NCBI GenBank assembly: GCA_002633005.1
Contig: NMRA01000287.1
Span: 455,874 to 519,873, forward strand
Direction: 5' to 3'
Source of the DNA: Phoronis australis
Taxonomy: Eukaryota > Animalia > Phoronida
DNA: 64,000 nt
Shown here in pieces: positions 38,791 to 51,080 of this stretch. The notes under the pieces are model-generated. The model did not search any database. It was not told where the DNA came from and saw only the letters and a program-made list of their open reading frames with translations. Each line of letters opens with the position of its first letter. The stretch's first letter is position 1. The position numbers and the translations under genes are program-made.

Positions 38791-41024
38791 TGGCCGGTTG
38801 CATGAAACATTCCCTAAATGTCAGGGACGTCCTTAAGTCTTAGGGACGTCCCTAAACTTTAGGGACTGTTGCATGAAAAGTTCCCAGTTAGTTTAGTCTT
38901 TAAACAGGGACTCAACTTTTGGGGTTACCGAAAGTTAGTCCCCAAGTTGAATGACGTCATTGGTTTAATTCACATGCAGTCTGTTCAACAGTTCAAAACA
39001 CGGGTTACTGGTGTCATCATATCGCTTGAATTCATCGTTTAACACCAATAAATCATCACACGCCCATGTAAAACTCTTAAAAAGACACCGAGTTCTTATA
39101 AAAACGTGTTTTTTTATTTCTCTGTTACGGATTTATTGCTATTTGGACACCGTAGCCTACAAAGTTCAGCAGGCCAATTTACTTGTGCCAAGGTCCGTAG
39201 CAGGAGTTCGGGATTTGTTCGAGATAACTTCGAAGTATTCTTCAGTGAAATACCAACAGGAGGACCTAGGTCTGTGTTGTTTAGACTTGTGATTTTTTGA
39301 GCTCTAAACACACAAAGCGCTTGTTATCCCGGCAGTGGCCGAGAACCCGATCAGGACCGCCGCGGCCGGACTGACTCGTTATCCCGGCCAGTGGGTCAGA
39401 ACCCGATCAGGCCTGTAGCGGCTGCCGATACTGGCACGAACATAAACCAGATTGAGTTGGAAACTAAACCTCCAGTTACGAAAAGACGGTAATAATGAAT
39501 CAAAGAAATAATGTGCAAGTAATTATTTATCTGAATTAACTGCGAAACAGAAAATCTACTTACTTGTCGGGGGCCACGAAATTGGGTCCCCCTTTTCACA
39601 GACCGTCAAGGCAAAGGTTGTACAGTAACAATGATTTGAATAATGTATATGTATTTCTAAATAAAGATTTCCCTAAGATGTGACCATAGCATATATAATT
39701 GAGTAATTGATTCACAACAGCTGTCTGTCGGCAAACACTGAATTAGCATGCGCTCACACGACCTCGGTGCCTTGTCAATTACCTATATCGCCGGCATCAA
39801 AAGCCGGTAACGCAGCGGTTTATTCACTGCTGGCTTCTCAACATTTACACTCACCTATACCGCAAAGGCGTTGCAAATTGTTTCTTATGAAGCTTACTTT
39901 GTTTCAGTTTGATACAAGGATTGGTTAGGATGAGAATAATTCATTTTGAAACAGAATGCAGAACAAATGTCTACACGGCAACTCGCCCGGCGCCAATCCC
40001 GACTAAGTCAAGAGCTCATCCGACGAAGATTTTGCGGGTTGGATCGTTAGGTTTCACAGGCTATGAGTTCGAACCGGAATACACTGATCAACAAATAATA
40101 CAGAAGCGTCGTGAACATGCACAGGCAACGGAACGCATGGATAGTTCTTCGGTAAGCTGTAATTCGTCAAAGAAATCACTGTCGACGAAATGCCGGTCAC
40201 AACAAGGAGATGTTTCACGAACTCATACTTGCTATTAACAGCGTACCTTTTATTCTTCACTATCGCGAGCCACTTCCTGAGCATTTCGGACTCTCGTGGA
40301 AGTCGAAAAAGCGATATACACGCTTTCTTCGCCGCTTCATAGTTCGGACAAGCGGGAACGATGCACCGCAATATAGCGGCATTCACTCTGCATACGAACC
40401 ACTGAGGTCGCTGAGTCGTTTCTCTCCTCCCTCATGGGTTAACGTGACACCTCTCGGCAAGGTGAGGTCGACCGTATAAGAGGCGATGTGGATATAAACC
40501 GGTTAAGACGCTAAAAAAGGCTAATTAACTCGGGTGGCATTCTCGTTTAATTCCCCGAGCAGACGACTTTAACAGCGTTGTTAAGTGCAGCGACTCCTAC
40601 CGGAGATTCTGGTATTCACACCAGTTCACCACGAGTTACTATTTTTTATTTACATTAGCGTGGGAGGCCACATCGTATCGTCTGCTCTCTCAACTGCAGT
40701 TGAAAACCCGAATTCTCAGATAACGCACATTGACTGTCCAATCTACTCGAGCAATTATTCAAAAGGTGGAACCGAAGATGTAAATGCGACAGGTATTCTC
40801 TCGTTGATAATAATTTACACCATAATAATTGACCTTAGCCACGGCGATCATTGGTATTGTTCGGGTTTGGGAATCTACTTTGGATTTAGGGCGCTCCCAT
40901 TAAGGACCGAGTGTAGGACCTCCTCATGCAACAGTCCTTATACAAAATCCTTATAGGGACTTCCCTAACTAGTTTGGGACCTTGGTTATGACTCTAATTA
41001 GGGTCTGTTTCATGCAACCGGGCA
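38791..41024. mobile_element. Non-autonomous PIF/Harbinger-type element (2.2 kb) with internal cargo
   Basis: TIRs TGGCCGGTTGCATGAAACA / TGTTTCATGCAACCGGGCA, flanks CAG/CTG (CWG), subterminal agggac/gtccct repeats at both ends. Confidence 0.75.
40180..40386 (-). pseudogene. THAP zinc-finger fragment, transposase-derived
   Basis: RCIVPACPN...SLFRLPRESEMLRKWLAIV...FVKH matches the THAP C2CH pattern, degenerate at the end. Confidence 0.7.
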
Positions 41025-44000
41025 CTGGCGTCCACGTGTCCGCTCGATATCTCATAAACACCTACTTGGATGTTGGACGTTGACACAAGCGTATAGGACA
41101 TCACTAGAATAATGCGTGGTACTTTTAAATCTGGGGTCGGGGGCTTGGCTTTTTCTGATTTTTGGCGGGAAAACAGTTTCCAGGTGATGTGTAGGGAACC
41201 AAGTGAGGGAAACACAAATGTCTGTGATGACAATGCGGGGCCCCATCACCAAAGTGTAGGGCAAATCTGACAACTGCAGTTCCTCCTAGATGTTACCGAC
41301 ATGAGCTTTATAAGTGTTGCTTTGGGAAGTGCGTTTCCGGGTGATATCTGAAGAAGATATGGACAGATTTCTTTAAAACTTAAAACTTAGCTATAGTATA
41401 GGATTGCAACAGGATCAATTGACTTTCGGACGTACTCAACGACCTTATCGCCTCCAAGTGACCATTTTGTGTGAGAGCTTTTCAGGATCGTCGGTAAAGA
41501 ACTGACTAAAAAAATTGTCTCCTTTTGGCAATTTTGTGTTGTACCGTTTGCTTGTGATGTGTACAAAACGGAGTGAAGGAGTTTAATGAAAGCTGGCATC
41601 GACGTATGTGATGGCAATGCAGAGGCATCATTAATATTTCGGACATTTTCTACCTCTGCAGCACATCCAACGCACCATTTAGTTTGCGACATGCTCCTTT
41701 TCAAAAGTTGTTTGGGGGAAGAAGGTTTCTGGATGATATCTAAAGAACCGATCGGCAACCTTAATTAACGCTTGACAAAGCGGTACATAGTGAGACAGCG
41801 CCAGCATCATTTAATTTTCGGGCAGATTCGGCAATTGCAGTGCCGCCTAGTGTGTCATTTTCGTAAGTGTTTCCGGGTGATATGATTTATACATGTACCT
41901 AATAGAAGCATTTCAATGAAAGTTAACACAGAGGAATATGTTATCAATGTGCGACCAACGTCTAATATTCTACAGTTGCAGAACCTCCTAGAGGTTATTT
42001 TTTTCTTCAAAATGGTCTTTTAACTGCTCTTTGGAGGCAGATCGTTCTTGAGTGATATTAAGGGAACAAATTAACGGATTTCAATGAAACTTGACACCCG
42101 CACTATTTGAATTTCAATCGATTTGACCTCAGCAGAATCTATTAATAACTTCTTCGAGGAAGCATTTTCACGATGATGGAGAATCTAATGGAACTTGACA
42201 CTGAGCTTTGTGATGTCCTTGCGCCATCACCATTACAAATTTTGCGCGGGTGGAAATATGTTCCAGTGAAAAACATTCGAAATCTTTGCTCCCCTCAAAA
42301 TCATGTAAAAGTTCAGTTTTAACGTGTTTTATTGAGAAACGTTGGAATGATTACTTCGGTGATTACTTTGACAAGTAATTTCGCATCGTTGGACGTAAAG
42401 AGTTATGCTGCATTTATTGGAACGTAAATTTCCCAAGGCTTGTTGTATACAAAGCTAAATTCGTAACCCTCTTTTCAGTAACATTGATGAATTTTGCAGG
42501 CGCTTGTTGTATCGATAAAACTGGAAAGAAATTCTGTCTTTTGGTATTCATTGCTATTCAAAATGGAATTTATCCGCTTTATGCAAATTATTATCTCACA
42601 TGTCTAAAACTTGGTAAAAGTTGTTGAAATGCTACGTAGTGGAGTCTCTAAAGCGGCTTACGACATGTCAGCTGATTTAATCGGAATAGAAGACATACTT
42701 GGAGGAATCTTTCGTGAGACAGCAGCTGTCAAAATATGGCTTTTTATGAAATTTTGTTGAATCGAGGAGTCAAGTTTTTGAATATTTTCGTACAAATAGT
42801 TAATGACTGCTAAGAGCTACATGTAGGTTGGTGATCAAAAATAGAGACTGATGTAACCGTATCTTAAGTTTCCGCTACCCCATAGCCTTATTCACGATGT
42901 GTGAGTTTGGTTCTATGTTCTCTTTGTAAAGGTTTCAACCTACTGTATCTAGTAGTAAAAAGGTTTGGCTTGCCGCCGGGAATAGAAATTGTTCAGTCTT
43001 CTCCGGTAGTGGCGCTTCAAGTTTATGTAGTAAACAGGAAATCACCCTTTATTTCTACGGAAGAGGAGAGAGCGGTGAGTGCTAGTGAGCCAATGATACC
43101 TCTGGAACATAAACCAGTTTTCACTGTTGCGGGAAGTATTTCACGGAAACCTGCCCCATGTGTGGCTACGTTATCTACAACTAATAGAGTTGCTGATATT
43201 AAGCCAGAGATGATGAGACCTGTACCTAATTCTGCAGAGGTATTAAGACTGAACATCAGGAGGTATTTACTCCTCATGCCGATAGGTTTGGAGTTGCCCC
43301 AAAAGGTTAATAGTTCTGAACAAGTTCTTACTATTTGAGATAAATCAAATTTCTCATCTAAATCTTGAGCAGCACAGTAATGGCGGGCACTAAGTCCCGT
43401 ATGAGGTTAGATGCCATTACAAAAAACACACGTGGAATTACCTCAAAGAATACTTGTTCTGAACTGATCAGAACTTGTCGATTATTACCGAAGTCGTTAC
43501 TGCCATGATTCAAGAATCAAATGTGCTGAAAACTTGCACGTCTTTTCATTCAAAATTGGTTGCGTTCTCCGTAATCCCAAAATTTTTAGTTTCCGTTCGC
43601 CTCCAACTTTGGAATTAGTTGTGTTACAGAACCGAGTGAACTCGTGTACCAGTGACACACTCACATTAAAACTAGATTAATTCATTTCACCCTGTGCAGT
43701 GACCAACAGGCATCGGCACGCAATGCGCAAGTACATGTAATCTGACAACCGATGACGCAACTGAAACCCTACCCAAAAACTAGCAGCTGACCATCTTAAA
43801 ATTTGGTCGGCTGGCGGTTAGTCGGCAAACAAAAGTCGGATTGGGGATGCATTGTGTATGAGCAGAGCGGTCAGCTGACGGTCGGCTAAAAAGTAGCCGA
43901 AAGGTCAGCTATATTGCCGGCCTTTCGTCGATTCCTAACCTATTGGTTCGGCACCTATACGATGGCTCCTCTGACCATGTGGATCAGTTTAAGCTAAAAG

Positions 44001-44072
44001 CTGAATAAAATATTTTTACTTTTGTGTGGACATGATGTTACAATGCTGGAACTATGCTATTATCAAGTATGG

Positions 44073-44073
<1 letters not shown>

Positions 44074-44113
<40 letters not shown>

Positions 44114-44114
44114 G

Positions 44115-44159
<45 letters not shown>

Positions 44160-44230
44160 CTGTGTGTGTATGTTTGTATACACACAAACACACACACGCA
44201 CATATAAATATAAAAATATAATATATAATA
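44074..44230. repeat. Compound (TA)n/(TG)n/(CA)n microsatellite
   Basis: Directly visible. Confidence 0.95.
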
Positions 44231-45669
44231 TCTGGACATTGCAAACTCTTTTTATGTCCCGTTTATTTGAGAAAGGCTCATTTCAATTGAGGCATTGCTA
44301 GGAAATGATTTGCGACAGCTCAGTAAACATTCATTTTGCCTCAACGAAACCAAAATCTGAATTTTGAAGGTTTATTTGTGTTTGCCGACATTATCCCAGT
44401 GTTCGTCTCCTAACCAGCCTAAACAGTTTTGTCACAGTTCAACAAGGAAAAGCCTTGGATCATAGCGGATTGTATCGTGGCTGCGGCCGTACTTGTAAAT
44501 ATGTTAAAAGATTCTGTTGTGGTGTCCGTGTATTGGAAACCGATCGACTACTTGCAGCTTTGGATAATCGATGACGAACAACAACCCAGCTGCATTTTCT
44601 TTTGATAATTAGAGCCGTGCAGCTTTTGGCCTTTTTTCTGGAGACCTACAGTGTAGTTTTAAAATGAGCCGGTAGATGTCGTTACAATTAATTGATACCG
44701 TGTGCCCTGGCTTCAACATGTGGGAGCAGCAAAGACAATTTATTGAAAATTTTGAGTTGTACCGTTTATGATACATTGATCAATACTTGACATACTACCG
44801 AGTCAGGGACAGCAGTTCACTCAGAAAACAAGTCTAACAATACAATTATTTCGAAGACACTTCCTCGCCAGATAAGTCAGAGATAGTTACATGTACCGAA
44901 ATACATACATGAGGCAATAGACATCTGGAACTTTAATAGGCAAAATTACAAGTCATATCTATGCATATTTTATAAATAGTATAACAATTCAAATTAAGTG
45001 TTCAGTGACGGATAAGTAATTTGAGCAGCTACATGAAGGCGACAGTATTGACCCCTGGTGGTCTACATATAAAGTAATAATGAACTGACCTGATGATGCG
45101 CTGAGGTTGTATCTCCCAATGAGCTATATACATAGAGATGACACGACTATACTCGAAGCCAGACAGCGCGTGACACGCGGTCCGCCATATTCATGATGGA
45201 CGATTCGTAAATAAAAGCGCGGTGGCCTTATGGAAGCCGGGCAATTTCCAGAATAAAATTTGAAATTTTGAATACTAACGAGGTTTTAAAACGTTGGTAA
45301 CATGAAGCAACGTAAATACGTGACCCTTGCGTTGCTTAAACGGTCATGATCTCTTGCCAGTTTACGAATTGCAGCGCATATACTTTATAATAGTTTAAAA
45401 ATACCTCGATGCCTTTAATAGCCACATAAGAATCTAGACATTAACACATTTTGTTTGAACTAAAATTATAAATGTACAGAACTTGATTATTAGTTGTTTA
45501 CAAGCCGGATAGGACGATCAGCTGGGGGAGACACTCCCATCAACCATTGCATTATCTAAGTATACATGAAGTTATTTTTTGTCAGGTTTAGCCTAAAGAG
45601 ATCCTACTTAATACATGGGGAAATTTTATGAACTTCCACTAAACCTTGAAAATAGTTGATATGAAATTT

Positions 45670-45995
45670 CAGAGGCGCATCTAGGATATCATAAGGTGCG
45701 GGCCCAACATTTTGTCCGCGGGAATTGCACAAAGCACAATTGCATGGGCGCACGCAGCCTAAAATTGGGGAGCTCGGAAAAACAAGATGGGACACCGATT
45801 CCGCCGGCGATCTGACACTTGCACACGCACATAAACTAAAGCTTCACACATCGTTATATCTTGTTTCAACCGCATGTTAATTACTGGAATTACTTAACGA
45901 ACTCAATATTTCCTGACGCTCTTGCTGTTCTATTTTTTCGGCAGACAAGGGCAGGAAGGAGCGCGGCCCGGGCCCACCCCCTAAATCCGCCAATG
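45670..45995. mobile_element. hAT-like MITE nested in the P element, 5-bp TSD AATTT
   Basis: Ends CAGAGGCGCATCTAG / CTAAATCCGCCAATG with AATTT on both flanks. Confidence 0.6.
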
Positions 45996-47637
45996 AATTT
46001 CCCTGAAACACTGCTGCCGCCGAACTACCATATGCAAGGATAGAAATTCCCTAAAACTGGTTGTAATTGTCTACTTCAAGTTCTATCAACCAAGAACATG
46101 TATACACATTTTAGAAAATGTATAAAAGGTGTTGGCCTGTTTTTATTTCTTCATGATTGCGTCACAAATAAACCTGTGTAACTGTTGGTCATACCTCAGT
46201 GATACTCTTCGTGTTTATCCTAAGTGGAAAACTAATTGGGTACATTTTGACACTCTATTGTCTCAAAATTTAAACCATTGTATCATAGAACCTGTGTCAA
46301 AATACAGCAGTGATTGGGTGAATTCAGAATTTTAAACAAAGTCGGAACAATGTTAATCTTTATACCCATATACCCCCTTGGATCTGCCCATCATGCATGG
46401 AATCGCATTTTTTCCAGAAACAACACATTGAGATGCCATTCCAAACAGGTTTCAATTGATTCCAAATATCATAATGGTATTGCGATACTAAAAACTCACA
46501 CGCAACAAAAACATAACTGCCATTAAGAGGCGCCACGGTAATCGGCCGTCCAAAAGTCGTTTGTATATGTCCTCTTCCAGTGAGAAGATATCTGTCAATT
46601 AACATAATTATCTTAAGAGTGACTAGGCCAGCAGAGAAGGCGATGCCAAAGCCAACTAAATAATAACAACAGCCACTCACAACCAGTTACCATGGCGTGT
46701 ACAAACAACACATTGTTCGTATGTTCTTTAAAACAAACTTTGTCTGCAAGAGCTCAGTATGTATCAAAGCTTTTATGAAATGTGCTTCAAGAAAAAATGT
46801 CAGTCTGCTAAGGTTATTTTTGCACAATTTTGTTGTTTTTCCTTTAAGCTAATCTGACTGCTTGTAGACTATGGACTAAGGTAACATAACAGACACAGTA
46901 ACAAGCTAAGTCCATTTCCTGTTGATGAATCCATTCGAGCTGGCCACTGCTGAAGAACATGGTTTGCTAATGTCGACTTCAAGGTTCAACTCATTTCATG
47001 TTTTTAATTCGGCAAGTTAATACTAAAAATTTGACCCATCTTTATAGGGACTAAATGAGCTGAACAATTGTTTCTGCTATTAAATTCTCCCATGCAATGT
47101 TGTTTTATTTCAATTATATTTTCAGTTCTAAACACAGTTGCACAGGGCTTCGAAGGTATAATTATATGCAAACTAAGAAAAATGCAAATAATTATTTTCT
47201 CCTTTAAAAAATTATCAACGACCATCTACTCCTTTTCAGACATTTTGGCCAGGAATTCAAACAAATTCCATACTTGAAAGTTCAAAAGGCCAAAAATAAC
47301 ATGATTGGTCCTAAGTGTACGGGTCATTTTTGAAAACTGCCGGCTTTCCTTATAGACAGAAAAATTCGACCAAGTTCAGCTGGCATCATGTGGCACACAT
47401 AAAGAGAACCTGTACCATTTCAGTCGGCATCAAGCGATGCTGGGAGAAATGTGTACCGTTCAGTTAAACTTGGCATAATAAGAATTTTTTTATCCCAAAA
47501 TTTGGACATCTAAAAACTAGCACATCACATCAACATCAAAAAATCACAATTGGAACCAAATATGCTGTTTTATAGGACTACCATTACACTCACTGGCCCT
47601 TGAACAAAATGAGTTTCTGCCTCACATTACATGTAGT

Positions 47638-47779
47638 GAATGATGCAGTGTGGAGTCTTGCAGCATGGTTCATCCTAATATGTATTGAATGATGCAGTGT
47701 GGAGTCTTGCAGCATGGTTCAGCCTAATATGTATTGAATGATGCAGTGTGGAGTCTTGCAGCATGGTTCATCCTAATAT
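47638..47779. repeat. Near-perfect triple 49-bp tandem repeat
   Basis: tgatgcagtgtggagtcttgcagcatggttca starts at 47641, 47690 and 47739. Confidence 0.92.
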
Positions 47780-48586
47780 CATAAAACTTAGCTACTAACA
47801 AGTCGATCAATTCAAAATAATGCTTGTCAATACCATGTTGCATGTCGATAGCATGCTCCTTCAAATGCAGTAGGTCACTGCTGCCACATTCTGCCTTAAC
47901 ACTAACACTTATCTGTTCAACAGAACAGATTGAACTTGCTGACAGGATATTCATTCCTCTCCTCAATGCTTTCTCCGCACAGGTCAAAATATGGACATCG
48001 CCAGGTGATGGCACAATAAGTCCACCGTTGTTTTTAAGTTTCAGTAAGTGATAAAACTCTTCTGAATCACTAGACTGGGGGCTTCCACTAACCAAACTTT
48101 CTCGGCTCTCATTGGCTAAGTCCAGACGTCTCTTCATTTCTATAGCAGTAGGGAGCTGGTAGGCATGATCCTAAAAGAGAGGGTGACAAGTCAACCACAA
48201 TGTACTGTTGTTTACAATACCTCTTTGGACGAAAAAAGTTGGACATAACACACTAATACCAATTTTTCCACCAAGGCAAGTGCGTGTGTGTGTATTGATT
48301 CGCTTAGTTGGAGATAAAAACTAAGCTGCTACACTTTTTAGTTGATGGTCTTACCTCAGCACTTCAGTAACTATTGGCTTTGATAATATGGTCTGTTCAC
48401 AAGCAATTAAACAGCTTCTAGAAAAGAACTATAGGTCATACATAGCTGTGACACAAGTACAGTGCTGTTATCACTACCTGTAGCAGGGCCAGTGTAAGCT
48501 GAGATGTCAGAGGATGATTGTTGACTATTTTTGGTCAATCTAGGAAGTGACTCCTTGGTCTGCAATATTCAAGACAGGACCTAGGT

Positions 48587-48742
48587 CAGTGGCGGGCTTA
48601 GAGGGGGGCCAAGGGGGTCATGGCCCCCTAAAATCTTCCCAGATTCCATGTGGCAGTTCAGGGGTGCAAATGTCTAAGGGGCAATATCCTAACTAACAAT
48701 CTGCCCTGCCCCCCTAACTCAAAATCCTGGATCCGCCCCCTG
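48587..48742. mobile_element. hAT-like MITE nested in the P element, 5-bp TSD TAGGT
   Basis: Ends CAGTGGCGGGCTTAG / CTGGATCCGCCCCCTG with TAGGT on both flanks. Confidence 0.62.
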
Positions 48743-51080
48743 TAGGTTATGAGCAGTCTCGCCATATGACTTTGGCAAATGACCCTTCATGGGAATATGT
48801 GATTTAAACTAAGTGAAAGCAACAACACCAATACAAAATATAATGTAAGAGTGACAGATGACATATTGTAGCAAAATTCGAACACACAGTCTTAAACTAC
48901 TTACCTGTAGATGTGCAGGAAAATCAAAGACTTTAGGTACAGCATTAAGTCGAATCCTAACAGTACAACCAGTGCGATCAAAGTCAGAATCACAAAAGTG
49001 TTGGGAGCACAAAAACTGTACAAGCTTGGTTCCCACACGCTGCCATCAGGTTTGCTTCGCCGTACAGCGCGATCCCACTGTTTTCGAAATGATTCATCCT
49101 TAGGAAACCTACCACAAGAAATATGAGAAAATACAAAAGACACAAAAACATAACAAATGACTGATAAGGCCAGACGAGGGTGTTAGGAATCCCTACTTTA
49201 CACACCCACCAGGTCACCAGGATCCACGCTTGGAAATATTAAGTCAAACAGACCCATGCCCAGTTTTGCTAAGTTGGCTATGTCTTCATAACATTAAGGA
49301 TGACATAATTACTTGTGAAATGTGATTTTAGAACGAATTCAAAGAACATCTGACAGTTTCAAGGTCCATATACACAACTTTTGCCCAGTGCAACTTGAGA
49401 TCGTTCATCATTATAAATCAATTTTGTGAACATTCAATCACAGTGGCGCACACCAAACACTAACAATAACAATAACAAGCACCGTGTCACTATTACCTAT
49501 GAAATATGATATTTCGTTGCTTAGACTCTTCTGTCCTGGCATTTTTGCAGTTAAAAGCTACACAATACACGGGCATGACGCCCCACTATCGTCCATCAGC
49601 AAGATGGCGGACCACTTCGCACAACGAAAACCACGTGATGTCAACTCTAGTTATATTTATCTCATTGGTATCTCCATGCATAAATACCGAGATTCAGTTT
49701 GACGGCATACCACGTGCGGGGTGCACACAGACAGTATTAATGCAGATGATTTCGTCATGAACGGAGCTAGGTGCGAGTGTAGACCGGTATGTGGTTCTAT
49801 ATGTAGGTCACCATGCAGTTTCCAAAACCGGCGTACCTATTTCAGGTGTGTGAGGTGTGCCCATTCTAGTTACATGTAGGTGATGTTGAGGACATTATTT
49901 ACGGCTACACGTACGGTTGACGAATCCAGTTGTGTTTTTAAACCTGGAGACTCGTGGGTTAAGAGTTACAAAATATAAGCTAAAAATGGTGAAATTACAG
50001 CTTAACAAGCATTCCACTGGTTACCTGTTAAAGTGCGATTTTTTTCTTTTCTATGTACGTTTATACCTGGCCTTCACTTGAGATGTTTTGCACTTTTTTG
50101 AAATTAATGGTATTTATCCAATACAAGCTGTACTTCAAGGAATTTTGCATGGTATACAATTCGGTTAAAAACAATGAAATGACCATTGTTAGTCTATGCT
50201 GATTGAATATTATTACCTTGTACATTGTTATTTTTGGTAATAATCCTAGTCTCCTCGGTAATGATTTTTCGCATTTGCTTATAATAAATTGCTCACGACA
50301 CCGCGTTCAACTTTTGCAAGAACTTCAATGCGAAAATGTTTACTTGCCCTGCACTGTTATCAATAAATGTAAATGAAAGGTTTAGTTGCTTATTTCAATG
50401 AATTCTGTTGCCACAACGATAAGTAGCAACATTGTTCAGGAAGCCCTCCAAGCGACTATCACTGCGTAATGAAACCCGGAGGATAGCTTATAAGGATAGC
50501 GGAAAGGGTACACACTTCATCATGGCTGTTTTTGCACTGATATTGGACTTTGACTTCGAATTCCTTAAAGCATGGAAGCCATTGTCGGCTTCTTTATGCC
50601 ACAGTTGAAATGCCGAAAGCAGCAAGCTAACTGGGGCGACGAAGTCGGCGGTGTCAACTTTAATCCTGGCAGTGCTACCTCGTGCATGCGCGGATGTCTG
50701 CCACAGTGAACCTGACAGTACCGGGCTGCAGCTAACGTCCGTAAAGTAAATGTTTATTGGTAGGTCAAGCTATGTTGTGGACCAATTGCTGAGCACTTAC
50801 ATGAATGAACTGCAATCATAGTACAGTAGCCAACACATTGTTCGAAAATGCCACAATGTTGACATTGTATGAATTGTTTATGCATATTGTTTTGATGGAA
50901 CGTGAGGTTCCATTTGTTATTAAGAACGCTAATGTATATAGATAAACGCTTCTGTTGGCGGCAAGCAGATCTCGCGTCAGGCGCAGCTTTATGTAGAGAC
51001 GACACGGTCATGTTCACGGCAGTAATCAATGCTTACAAATCCCGGTGTTGATAGAGAAGTGAGTGGTCTGCGTGTGTGAA

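Larger units (their letters stand above)
47592..49576 (-). pseudogene. P-element/THAP9-like transposase pseudogene (exon 1 49497-49576, exon 2 48905-49108, C-terminal fragment ~47592-48100)
   Basis: Spliced MPVYCVAFNCKN...FHR|FPKDESFRKQW...CSQHF...AVP is a THAP domain with a frameshift; LLKLKNNGGLIVPS...VRQKLILFKGQ* is the P-transposase tail; the catalytic core is missing. Confidence 0.85.
45117..49667 (-). mobile_element. P-element superfamily (THAP9-like) transposon, internally deleted, 4551 bp
   Basis: Imperfect TIRs (CAATGAG.TA.ATA..TAGAG.TGACA) and perfect 8-bp TSD GTATCTCC (45109-45116 and 49668-49675); contains THAP exons and a P-transposase C-terminus. Confidence 0.88.
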
